Assembly (NCBI RefSeq): GCF_963921235.1
Contig: NC_086108.1
Location: 45,324,001-45,388,000, forward strand
Reading direction: 5' to 3'
Length of the DNA: 64,000 nucleotides
From: Mobula hypostoma
Taxonomy: Eukaryota
Of this stretch, positions 50,392-61,579 are shown piece after piece (position 1 is the stretch's first letter; the number at the start of each line of letters is the position of its first letter). A program made the position numbers and the translations under genes. The notes beneath the pieces were generated by a model. The model did no database searches. It was given only the letters and a program-made list of their open reading frames with translations, and was not told the DNA's origin.

Positions 50392-53155
50392 TACCTGGGG
50401 AAAGCAACAGAGGCCATGCCTCTGGCACAGAGTCTGGCCCTATGGCTCAGAAGGGTAGGGAAAGGAAGAGGAAGGCAGTAGTGATAGGGGACTCTATAGT
50501 TAGGGGGTCAGACAGGCGATACTGTGGACGCAGGAAAGAAACTCGGATGGTAGTTTGCCTCCCAGGTGCCAGGGTCCGGGATGTTTCAGATCGCGTCCAA
50601 GGTATCCTGCAGCGGGAGGGAGAACAGCCAGAGGTCGTGGTACATATTGGTGCCAATGACATAGGTAGGAAAAGGGAAGAGGTCCTGAAAAAAGAGTATA
50701 AGGAGTTAGGAAGGAAGGTGAGAAGCAGGACCACAAAGGTAGTAATCTCGGGATTACTGCCTGTGCCACGCGACAGTAAGTATAGGAATAGAATGAGGTG
50801 GAGGATAAATGCGTGGCTGAGGGATTGGAGCAGGGGGCAGGGATTCAGATTTCTGGATCACTGGGACCTCTTTTGGGCCAGGTAACCTGTACAAAAAGGA
50901 CGGGTTGCACTTGAATTCCAAGGGGGACCAATATCCTGGCGGGGAGGTTTGCTAAGGTTACTGGGGGGGAGTTTAAACCAGAATTGTTGAGGGGTGGGAA
51001 CCGAACTGAAGAGACTGGAGAAGAGGAGGTTGGCTCACAAATAGAGAAAGCTTGTAGACAGTGTGAGAGGGAGCATAGGCAGGTGATAGAGAAGGGGCGT
51101 GCTCAGACCGAAGGTTTGAGATGCGTCTATTTTAACACAAGGAGTGTTGTGAACAAAGCGGATGAGCTTAGAGCGTGGATCAGTACTTGGAGCTATGATG
51201 TGGTGGCCATTACAAAGACTTCGATGGCTCAAGGACAGGAATGGTTACTTCAAATGCCGGGTTTTAGATGTTTCAGAAAGGACAGGGAGGGAGACAAAAG
51301 AGGTGGGGGTGTGGCACTGTTGATCAGAGATAGTGTCATGGCTGCAGAAAAGATGGACGCCATGGAGGGATTGTCTACGGAGTCTCTGTGGGTGGAGGTT
51401 AGGAACAGGAAGGGGTCAATAACTTTACCGGGTGTTTTTTACAGGCCGCCCAATAGTAACAGGGATATCGAGGAGCAGATAGGGAAACAGATCCTGGAAA
51501 GGTGTAATAATAACAGAGTTGTCGTGATGGGAGATTCTAATTTCCCAAATATCAATTGGCATCTCCCTAGAGCAAGGAGTTTAGATGGGGTGGAGTTTGT
51601 TAGGTGTGTTCAGGAAGGTTTCTTGACATAATATGTAGATAAGCCTACAAGAGGAGAGGCCATACTTGATTTGGTATTGGGAAATGAACCTGGTCAGGTG
51701 TCAGATCTCTCAGTGGGAGAGCATTTTGGAGATAGTGATCATAATTATATCTAATTTATGATAACATTGGAGAGAGATAGGAACAGACAAATTAGAAATG
51801 CATCTAATTGGAGTAAGGGGAATTATGAGGCTATCAGGCAGGAAATTGGAGGGTTAAATTGGAAACAGATGTTCTCAGCGAAAAGTAAGGAAGAAATGTG
51901 ACAAATGTTCAAGGGATATTTGTGTGGAGTTCTGCACAGATACATTCCAATGAGACAGGGAAGTTATGGTAGGGTACAGGAAACGCGGTGTACAAAGGCT
52001 GTAATAAATCTAGTCAAGTAGAAAAGAAAAGCTTACAAAAGGTTCAGAGAGCTAGGTAATGTTAGAAATCTAGAGGATTATAAGGATAATAGGAAGGAGT
52101 TTAAGAAAGAAATTAGGAGAGCCAGAAGGGGCCATGAGAAGGCCTTGGCGGACAGGATTAAGGAAAACCTCAAGGCATTCTACAAATACCTGAAGAGCAA
52201 GAGGATAAGAGGTGAGAGAATAGGACCAATCAAGTGTGACAGTGAAAAAGTGTGTATGGAACTGGAGGAGATAGCAGAGATACTTAATGAATACTTTGCT
52301 TCAGTATTCACTATGGAAAAGGATCTTAACGATTGTAGTAATGACTTACAGTGGACTGAAAAGCTTGAGCATGTAGATATTGAGAAAGAGGATGTGCTGG
52401 AGTTTTTGGAAAGCATCAAGTTGGACAAGATGTACCCCAGGGTACTGTGAGAGGCGAGGGAGGAGATTGCTGAGCTTCTAGCGATGGTCTTTGCATCATC
52501 AACGGGGATGGGAGAGGTTACAGAGGATTGGAGGGTTGCAGATGTTGTTTCTTTATTCAAGAAAGGGAGTACAGGTAGCCCAGGAAATTATAGACCAGTG
52601 AGTCTTACCTCAGTGGTTGGTAAGTTGATGGAGAATATCCTGAGAGGCAGGATTTATGAACATTTGGAGAGGTATACTATGATTAGGAATCGTCAGCACG
52701 GCTTTGTCAAAGGCAGGTTGTGCCTTACGAGCCTGACTGAATTTTTTGAGGATGTGACTAAACACATTGATGAAGGAAGAGCAGTAGATGTAGTGTATAT
52801 GGATTTCAGGAAGGCATTTGATAAGGTACCCCATGCGAGGCTTACAAAGAAAGTAAGGAGGCATGGGATGCAAGAGGACATTGCTTTGTGGATCCAGAAC
52901 AGGCTTGCCCACAGAAGGCAATGAGTTTTTTACTCAGAGAGTGTTGAGTGCGTGGAATGGGCTCTCGACAACGGTGATGGAGGCGGATACGATAGGGTCA
53001 TTTAAGAGACTTTTGGATTGGTGAAATATAAGATATAAAGCTTAGAAAAATAGAGGGCTATAGGTAAGCCTAGAAACTTCTAAAGTAGGGACATGTTCGG
53101 CACAACTTTGAGGGCCGATAGGCCTGTATTATGCTGTAGGTTTTCTATGTTTCTA
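50392..53155 (+). mobile_element. CR1 LINE with ORF1 esterase, ORF2 APE and N-terminal RT, internally deleted
   Basis: ORF1 SGNH motifs VVIGDSIVRG, CLPGARV, VVHIGANDI. APE motifs CVYFNTRS, FYRPP, VMGDSNFP. RT motif YMDFRKAFDKVPH. Jumps to the 3' end at about 52925 and ends in ttttctatgtttcta. Confidence 0.93.
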
Positions 53156-54309
53156 TTACGCATGAGGGCAATACAGTACTTGAACACATTTCTAGCATCT
53201 TGCCTTTCCTTGTCCAAATTTGTCTTTGCAGAAGTATTTTGAAAACAAATAAAAGACTTCTGAAAATTATTTGTGTTTAAGGGTTTAACACACAGGTATT
53301 CTTCAAACCATCAATCAATCAAACTTATAATTTAATATTTTCTGACATATCTCAGAAGGAATGAATTCAGTGCTGCCCGTTATGAGACTAACCCCTTTTG
53401 GTCCTTGCCATATCTGATATAAGATTGTGAGAATCTGTCAGTAGGTCAAACCCAAACTCAAAGTTCATAGACAACCTTGAGATTCATCTTCTTTCAGGCA
53501 CCCCACAAAACAAACAAATAAAACAGAATTCATTAAAAATACACACATGACTGCCATATATCTAATTTGCAAAAGAGGACAAATCAAGCAATAGTAAAAA
53601 AAACTAAACAAAACCACGTGGAACATGATCCGCAAAGTCCCTGAAAGTGAGTCGACAGCTGCAGAGCCCATTCAGTGCTGAGGTGAGCGAAGCCCGTCAA
53701 GAAGCCCGATGGGTGCAGGGCAACAACAGCTCCTGACCCAAGACTCCTGCACCTACTGTCTAATGGCCATAGTGAGAAGAAAGGAAGACTGGTCAACTAA
53801 GAACATAAGAAGTAAGATCAGAAGTAGACCATCTGTCCTTTCATTGTGATTGATAACAATCTTGTACATCAACATGTTTTATTTATTATCTCTACATCCC
53901 TTGATTCCCTGAACATCCAGACCAAGCTCACTCCAGTTTTAGTCATCATGCTGTATGATGAGCTTCTAGTCTTGTTTGACTTACCTACTGAAGTGTGTGA
54001 GAGGATAGGCCTTGCACATGACATCTGTAAAGCAAACATCCTCTCCTAACCTGTGCCTGCTGAATGATATCACCTCTTGACAATAAAGGTCCATGGCTAT
54101 GTTCTCCTGACTGCTAAAATTCCACTGGGAACATTTTGCCTCCTAATGTTACCGTAGTAGAAGCCCAATAGAATTGCCAACACCCACCTCCTTCTGCCAG
54201 AAAAAGTGCAGCAGAAATCCAATATAACACAACAAGGTTTTATTTTAGTGGTGGCATTTCCTGGCCATCTGAAGCTATCATCGCCATTGATTCAAATTCA
54301 GATTTATAG

Positions 54310-54772
54310 ACCGTATGATCATAATACATACAAAAGGAGCAGAAATAGGCCATTCAGCCCATTGAGTCTGTTTCAGCATTTGATCATAGAACCATTTATT
54401 ATTGCTCTCAACCTTAACACTAATCCTAAAGAAATTCCTTCTCATCTCAATTCTAAAGAAACCTCCTCGTATTCTGAGGCTGTACTCTTTGGTCCTAGAC
54501 TCCCTCACTGCTGGAAGCATCCTCTGCAGATCCATTGTATTCAGTCTATTCAACAAAAATGAAATTCCATCCTCCCACAATTCTTCTAAACTCCAATGAG
54601 TACAAGCCTTGAGCCATCAAAAGCTGCTCGTGTGTTAACCTTTTCATTCCTGGGATCACTCTCGTGAACCTCTTCTCCAATGACAGCAGATCCTTTCTTA
54701 GATAAGAGGCCCAAAACTGCTTATGATACTCCAAGTAAGTTCTGACCATTGCCTCATAAAGCCTCAGCATGA
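54310..54772 (-). mobile_element. CR1 3' fragment, decayed
   Basis: MLRLYEAMVRTYLEY...FWASYLRKD and EMRRNFF. Confidence 0.8.
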
Positions 54773-55096
54773 AGAGATAATGCCCAAGGTCATCTGAAGC
54801 AGTATGATTTCTTGATTATGATGCACTATTTGACATTGAACTAACGGTTTGTTTTAATGAATGTATCAATGAGAGGTAGAGAAGGAGGCAAGTTTAGCAA
54901 CGAAACGAGATTGGTGGTCAGTGTTGGAGGAACTAAACTCTTGATGAAGTATTACTTTATTTGTTTCTCACATGTCAAAATATACAGTGAAATATGTCGG
55001 CTGTGTCACAACCAACAGTGTCCGAGAGTGTGTTGGGGGCCTACAACTCACTAACACTAGAATGTGGAGGAAACTGGAGCAGCTGGAGGAAACAAA

Positions 55097-55236
55097 CGAC
55101 CATGGGGAGACGGTCCAAGCTCCTTACAGATGACCATGGGGAGACGGTCCAAGCTCCTTACAGACGACCATGGGGAGACGGTCCAAGCTCCTTACAGACG
55201 ACCATGGGGAGACGGTCCAAGCTCCTTACAGACGAC
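55097..55236. repeat. 34-bp minisatellite, about 4 copies
   Basis: Unit ACGACCATGGGGAGACGGTCCAAGCTCCTTACAG repeated head to tail. Confidence 0.92.
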
Positions 55237-56583
55237 ACACATCAAAGTTGCTGGTGAACGCAGCAGGCCAGGCAGCATCTATAGGAAGAGGCGCAGTCGA
55301 CGTTTCAGGCCGAGACCCTTCGTCAGGACTAACTGAAGGAAGAGTGAGTAAGGGATTTGAAAGCTGGAGGGGGAGGGGGAGATCCAAAATGATAGGAGAA
55401 GACAGGAGGGGGAGGGATGGAGCCGAGAGCTGGACAGGTGATAGGCAGAAGGGGATACGAGAGGATCATGGGACAGGAGGTCGGGGAAGAAAGACGGGGG
55501 GGGGTGGTGACCCAGAGGATGGGCAAGAGGTATATTCAGAGGGACAGAGGGAGAAAAAGGAGAGTGAGAGAAAGAATGTGTGCATAAAAAAGAGTAACAG
55601 ATGGGGTACGAGGGGGAGGTGGGGCCTAGCGGAAGTTAGAGAAGTCAATGTTCATGCCATCAGGTTGGAGGCTACCCATACGGAATATAAGGTGTTGTTC
55701 CTCCAACCTGAGTGTGGCTTCATCTTTACAGTAGAGGAGGCCGTGGATAGACATGTCAGAATGGGAATGGGATGTGGAATTAAAATGTGTGGCCACTGGG
55801 AGATCCTGCTTTCTCTGGCGGACAGAGCGTAGATGTTCAGCGAAGCGGTCTCCCAGTCTGCGTCGGGTCTCACCAATATATAAAAGGCCACATCGGGAGC
55901 ACCGGATGCAGTATATCACCCCAGTCGACTCACAGGTGAAGTGATGCCTCACCTGGAAGGACTGTTTGGGGCCCTGAATGGTGGTAAGGGAGGAAGTGTA
56001 AGGGCATGTGTAGCACTTGTTCCGCTTACACGGATAAGTGCCAGGAGGGAGATCAGTGGGGAGGGATGGGGGGACGAATGGACAAGGGAGTTGTGTAGGG
56101 AGCGATCCCTGCGGAATGCAGAGAGAGGGGGGGAGGGAAAGATATGCTTAGTGGTGGGATCCCGTTGGAGGTGGCGGAAGTTACGGAGAATAATATGTTG
56201 GACCCGGAGGCTGGTGGGGTGGTAGGTGAGGACCAGGGGAACCCTATTCCTAGTGGGGTGGTGGGAGGATGGAGTGAGAGCAGATGTACGTGAAATGGGG
56301 GAGATGCGTTTAAGAGCAGAGTTGATAGTGGAGGAAGGGAAGCCCCTTTCTTTAAAAAATGAAGATATCTCCCTCGTCCTAGAATGAAAAGCCTCATCCT
56401 GAGAGCAGATACGGCGGAGACGGAGGAATTGCGAGAAGGGGATGGCGTTTTTGCAAGAGACAGGGTGAGAAGAGGAATAGTCCAGATAGCTGTGAGAGTC
56501 AGTAGGCTTATAGTAGACATCAGTGGATAAGCTGTCTCCAGAGACAGAGACAGAAAGATCTAGAAAGGGGAGGGAGGTGTCGG
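55237..56583 (-). mobile_element. Penelope-like retroelement, 5'-truncated (RT thumb, GIY-YIG endonuclease, terminal repeat)
   Basis: ORF 55949-56608 LPFLDLSV...VYYKPTDSHSYLDYSSSHP...RLRRICS. ORF 55626-55952 VIYCIRCSRCGLLYIGETRRRLGDRFAEH. Flanked by ACAGACGAC on both sides. Confidence 0.93.
55295..55330 (-). ncRNA. Minimal type I hammerhead ribozyme in the Penelope terminal repeat
   Basis: Minus strand reads AGUC-CUGACGA-A-GGGU(CUCG)GCCU-GAAAC-GUC-GACU: both core boxes, stem I AGUC/GACU, stem II, palindromic ACGU stem III and a GUC cleavage triplet. Confidence 0.75.
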
Positions 56584-56779
56584 ACAGACGACCATGGGGA
56601 TTAAACATTAGTCTTACAGCTAGTGGTGTAAAGCGTTACGCTAAGCACTACACTACTGTGCCACCCCTCAGTGTGCGCAGGGGGCAAGAATCAGAGGAAG
56701 GAAGATAATCAGGAGGATGGCACAATTGGAGGAAAGTATGGGGGGAGAAAAGGCCTCTTGAAGGGACAGTGGAAATACA

Positions 56780-56780
<1 letters not shown>

Positions 56781-56832
<52 letters not shown>

Positions 56833-56836
56833 TGTG
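56781..56836. repeat. (TG)n microsatellite
   Basis: Direct inspection. Confidence 0.95.
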
Positions 56837-56983
56837 TACGTGCATGTGTGTATGTTCACACACACAAGCACATGTCTTACATGGTGAGCACATGTACAGT
56901 ATATATAATTAAGTAATTGCTAATTGGTTTATTGTATCACATGAACAGAGATACAATGAAAAGTCTTTGTTTTCATGCCACCC

Positions 56984-58116
56984 TGTCATACTGTGGTGGT
57001 TGGGAATGGACCCAAGTGCAAGACACGGACACTGAAGAACTAGGGATAGGACTAGGATAAAGGGTGAGAGCAAGGACATGGACACGAAAATCGGGAACCC
57101 GGAACAGGACTGGACAAGAGAGCTAGGAGCCTGGGCTTGGACTCCGAGCCAGAGACTGGACAAGGACCCAGTACCTGGGTCTTGCCTCTGGCTCGGACCC
57201 TAGAACTAGGCAAAGACGAGGCTTGGCAGGCAGGCAGGACGAGGCTGGAGTCTTCAGGCTTGAGGCTAGAGGCTAGAGATGAGGCTTGGCAGGAGGCAGG
57301 AGGCTGGAGTCTTCAGGCTTGAGGCTAGAGGCTAGAGACTTGAGGCGAGGCTTGGCAGGAGGCAGGAGGCTAGAGACTTGAGGCGAGGCGAGGCTTGGCA
57401 GGAGGTAGAAGGCTAGAAACGTGAGGCGAGGCTTGGCAGGAGGCAGGAGGCTGGAGTCTTCAGGCTTGAGGCTAGGCAGTCCCCTCCTGGGCAGGGCGCG
57501 GATCACCACCCGATGGAGGCATGGGACAGGAAGGGACAGAACCAACTGCAGATAACGAACAAGATGGTCTGGCTTACCCGACGGAGGCAAGGGACAGGAA
57601 GGGACAGAACCAACCACAGGTAACAGCAAGACAGCCTGGCTTACCTGGGTGGAGGCAAGGGGCAGGAAGGGAGCTAGGTACAGGGTGGCTCCAGGACAAG
57701 ACTGCAGGCGAGACGAGGCGAGAGTTACCAGCAAGACAAGGCAAGACTTCAGGCAATGCAAGGCGAGACAAGAACTTCAGGAGAGACGAGAGTTACCGGC
57801 AAGACAAGGCAAGGCTTCTGGCAAAGCAAGGTGAGACGAGAACTTCAGGCGAGGCAAGAGTTACCGGCAAGACAAGGCAGGGCTTCAGGTGAGGAAACAG
57901 AAGGCAGAGGAAGGGATACAAGGAGTAAGGACAAGAACAATCCAGCAGCTACGCCCTGGTCTCTGGAGGTATTTATGCAGCCAGCCCCAATGAGCATCAG
58001 CTGACTCAATTAGAGCTCAACAAGAACAGAAACAGGGTAGACAGGAAAACCTGGAGCAAGGGTCGATGGACCAAACCGTGAACCTGAATATGGACTTCAC
58101 GGACCGGACCATGACA
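56984..58116 (-). mobile_element. Solo LTR, probably Gypsy, with internal tandem repeats
   Basis: TGTCAT...ATGACA termini. 5-bp flanks CACCC / CAGCC. TATA-like CATAAATA on the minus strand at about 57970. Internal arrays of gaggcttggcaggaggcag and gcaagacaaggc. Confidence 0.75.
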
Positions 58117-58544
58117 CAGCCAGACAGATAATTATGGCAGGGCAGTACAAAAGTTAAATAAAAGCATAATGCAGAATATACTCTTCTCTTGCAGAGAAAC
58201 TGCAGTGCAGCTAGACAAATAAACTTTAAAGTTTATGAATTTTAAATAAATTCATGATAAAAATACATATATGTAACTATTTTCATTTTCTGAGATTCAT
58301 TTTCTTGTGGGCATTCACAGTAAATAGAAAGATGCTCAATAGAATCAATGAAAAACCACACACGACAGAGACAAGCAAGCATCCGGTGTACAAAAGACAA
58401 CAAACTGTGCAAATAGAGAAAGAAAAGATAATAATGATAACAGTGATAATAACTAAATTCAACAAACCAAGATGTCACCAATCCTAGCACAGCATTACCA
58501 ACAATCACAGAGATAAAATTTTGGTCCAATATCTGGTCAAACAG

Positions 58545-58780
58545 GGTGACGCACGGTCAAGAAGCAAGCCATTCATTTTAATTCCACTTCCCAGTCCCAT
58601 TCCGATATGTCAATCCAAGGCCTCCTTTACTGTCACAATGAGGCCACACCCAGGCTGGAGGAACAACACTTTATATTCTGTGTCGGTAGCCTCCAACCTG
58701 ATGGGATGGACATTGATTTCTCAACCTTCTGGTAATGTCCCCCCACTTAAACCTTCACCAGTCCCCATCCCCTTTCCTCT
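58545..58780 (+). mobile_element. Penelope GIY-YIG 3' fragment
   Basis: aggctggaggaacaacactttatattctg (RLEEQHFIF), as in the copy at 55626-55952. Confidence 0.7.
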
Positions 58781-58954
58781 TCTCGCCCTTAATCTGTGTC
58801 CTCTAGCATTAGACTCCCCTAGTCTAGGAATAAAGAAAGTGCCTATCTCCATTCCCTTCAGGATTAGAGTAAATAGGTACTTAGTGCTTGGCTGAGGGCC
58901 TGTTTTTTTATGCTGTACAACAATGACTACATGGCTCAGTGTCCTAAATCTGTT

Positions 58955-60205
58955 CATCTGTGGAGGAACATTTGATGGCTCTGGGCCATAATTCATGGGG
59001 TTCAGTAGGATTTGGGGGGGGGGGTGTTACTGAATCCTATTGCATATTGAAAGGCATGAATAGAATGGATGTGGAGAGGATGTTTCCAGGAGTAGAGGAG
59101 AGAATCCTCGATCTGAGGGCACAACTTCAAAATAAAGAGACATCCCTTTAAAACAGAGATGAAGATGAATTTCTTAAGCCAGAGGGCAGTGAAACAGTGG
59201 AATTCATTTCCACAGAGGGCTGTGGAGACCAAGACATTAGGTGTACTTAAGGCTGAGATTGATAGGTTCTTGGCTGGTCAAGAGGTTAAAAGTTATAGGA
59301 AGAAGGCTGGAGAATGGGGTTAAAAAATCAGCCAGGACTGAATGGTGGAGCAGATTCAAAGGGATTGAATAGCCTAATTCTGTTCCTGTACATTATGTTG
59401 CTGTGGACAATTGATCTTATTTCCATCATAAGGTCTGGATTCTGGCACTTTGTTGATGTTAGTATGGTGTTTAGGATGCATTCACAATTCTTTGTATTAC
59501 ACAGTTCGTGTGGCAAATCCAAATCTTGATAAGCAACACTATCAGAAGAATAATACTTATCATCTCTCAACATTGAAAGGCAATATTTCTTGCCCATCAC
59601 ACCAGATTGATTGTCTGGCAGGAGGCAAAGTATGGGAATAAAGTGGGGGCCTTTTCTGGTTGGCTGCTGGTGACTAGTGGTGTTACACAATGGTTGTTGT
59701 TGAGACTGCTTCTTTTCACATTATATGTCAATGACTTTAATGACAGAATTGATGGCTTTATGGCCAAGTTTGAGTCAGCACAAAGGTAGGTAGAGGGGCA
59801 GGTAGTGTTAAGGAAGCAGGAAATCCGCAGAAGGGCACAGACAGATTAGGAGAATGGGCAAAAAGGTGCAGATGGAATATTGTGTATGGAAGTGTGTGGA
59901 CATGCAGTTCATTAGAAGGAATAAAGGCACAGATTACTTTCTAAATGGGGTGGGGGGAGATTCCGACATCAGATGTGCAAAGGGCCATAGGAGTCCTCAT
60001 GCAGGATTCCCTAGAGGTTAACTTGAAGGTTGAGTCAATTGTAAGGAACACAAATGCAATGTTAGCATTCATTTTGAGAGGACTAGAATATAAAAGCAAG
60101 GATGTAATGCTGAGGGTTTTTACAGCACTGGCCAGAGCGCATGTGAAATTCTGTGAGTAGTTTCGGGCTCCTTATGTAAGAAAGGATGTGCTGGCATTGG
60201 AGGAC
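58955..60205 (+). mobile_element. Two decayed CR1 fragments (3' end at 58955-59410; RT at 59600-60205)
   Basis: NFLSQRAVKQWNSFP, LLFTLYVND and AMLAFILRGLEYKSKDVMLR. Confidence 0.8.
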
Positions 60206-60249
60206 AAAGAGATTTCTTTTAAAATTAAGAACTAATTTGGTTGAGAATT

Positions 60250-60670
60250 CGTCGTTGTGGCTATCCCTCGAGGTCGAGGATGATGGTCTTCATTCTGAAG
60301 AAGTGGCCCACAGAGCGAAGACGCCTGTACGTGTATTTGTTTAACGTGTACTTGATGTTCCACTCCAAGAAGCACACGATACTTCACAAATCAACCAACT
60401 GATTCCAATGGCATGGAAACCACAACGACTGGAGCTGATGGATTTGTTGCAGCCGTCGTCCGCCTTCACAGCCGTTGAGTTTGAAGTAACTTCGTCTGCC
60501 TGTTCCGCCGTTGAGGTCTTGGTTGGATGGTTCTTTGTCAGGGACCTCACCCCTGACCTTACCACCATGGGTGACCCTACCAGGAGCATAGCTCCAGACG
60601 GCATTGCTCTCAGGATCACAGGACCACACAAGCTTCTCCACCACGACAAGGTGACAATCCACGGAGAAGG
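60250..60670 (-). mobile_element. RTE (Expander/Rex3-like) 5'UTR-derived non-autonomous element
   Basis: Minus strand begins ...CACCTTGTCGTGGTGGAGAAGCTTGTG...GGTAGGGTCACCCATGG...CCTGACAAAGA, resembling recalled RTE 5' UTRs. Ends in a short ACAACGACGA tail. No coding remnant. Confidence 0.55.
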
Positions 60671-61579
60671 GTTGAGAATTAATAACTTATTGATTAGATC
60701 AATTTAAAATTCACTAAGCAAGAAATAAAATTACATTTTAAAAATGTAATAGGTTTCCTGAGCTACAGGGAGCTGAGGTAGTGACTATTTTATCTTCTAT
60801 AGAAAATCCAAATAAATACTAAGGGTAGAGAAAGATATGGGGTGAGGGGAAAAAAGCAGGCCAACTAAATGAGTTTTGGATTTGCTTTATCAAAGTGCAG
60901 TTAAGGATATTAGAAGTCAGATAGAACTTTTCTGAGTTATGAGATTTGTAGTTCCATATGTATTAATTTGCCAAACTGCTAAAGGGTAACAAATAACTGT
61001 CAGTTATTTAATTCCATAATTCTCTCATCATAAGCTTTTCAAACGTCAAAAGTTGCCTTGTTGAATTACTGCCTTGTAAATTGCTGGCAGCCATGTGCTA
61101 TCATAAGTTATATTCACAGTGTGAAATATCACCTGCAGGGAGGATAAAAAATATAAATGAAATCACCAAGTAAACAGGTGTTTCTGAATGGCTCTCTGTG
61201 CAAACTGCTTTCATTTTGTCTGGGGAACTGAGTGTGAAACCTGCAAGTGGTGAAGCTGCCTGTTTGTCAGTTCCTAACATAAAATTGGAGCTTGCATTAC
61301 AGGCTGGTATTCAATATCCTAGTTATAATAATTGCAAGTATGCTTTTGAATTGTTTCTCTGTTAGTTTTCAATGAAAATATATAATTGAAAAGAAGGATG
61401 GTAATCAGGGAGTACAAACCATTTTTTCTTACTATTATTACCTAGTATTGGCATCAGGTGCTCCAGGAGTATCATCGGTGTTTCCAGACAAACTCATCAA
61501 GTGGCCCATAACAGAATTATCCAGACAGATCTGTCATTTTTGTCCTTCAAAAACTTTTGAATGTTAATTATGCTATTAC

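Larger units (their letters stand above)
55040..56668 (-). mobile_element. HE1/V-SINE-like SINE split by the Penelope insertion
   Basis: Body ggaggaaactggagcagctggaggaaac at about 55066-55095. tRNA-like head at about 56600-56668 (reverse complement gggtggcacagtagtgtagtgcttagcgtaacg). Confidence 0.65.

Noticed and set aside
55097..55236. 34-bp repeats as a CRISPR array
   Set aside because: The units are contiguous with no spacers, derive from a SINE body and lie in eukaryotic DNA.
57137..58004. Repetitive ORFs on both strands
   Set aside because: They are translations of minisatellites inside the solo LTR.
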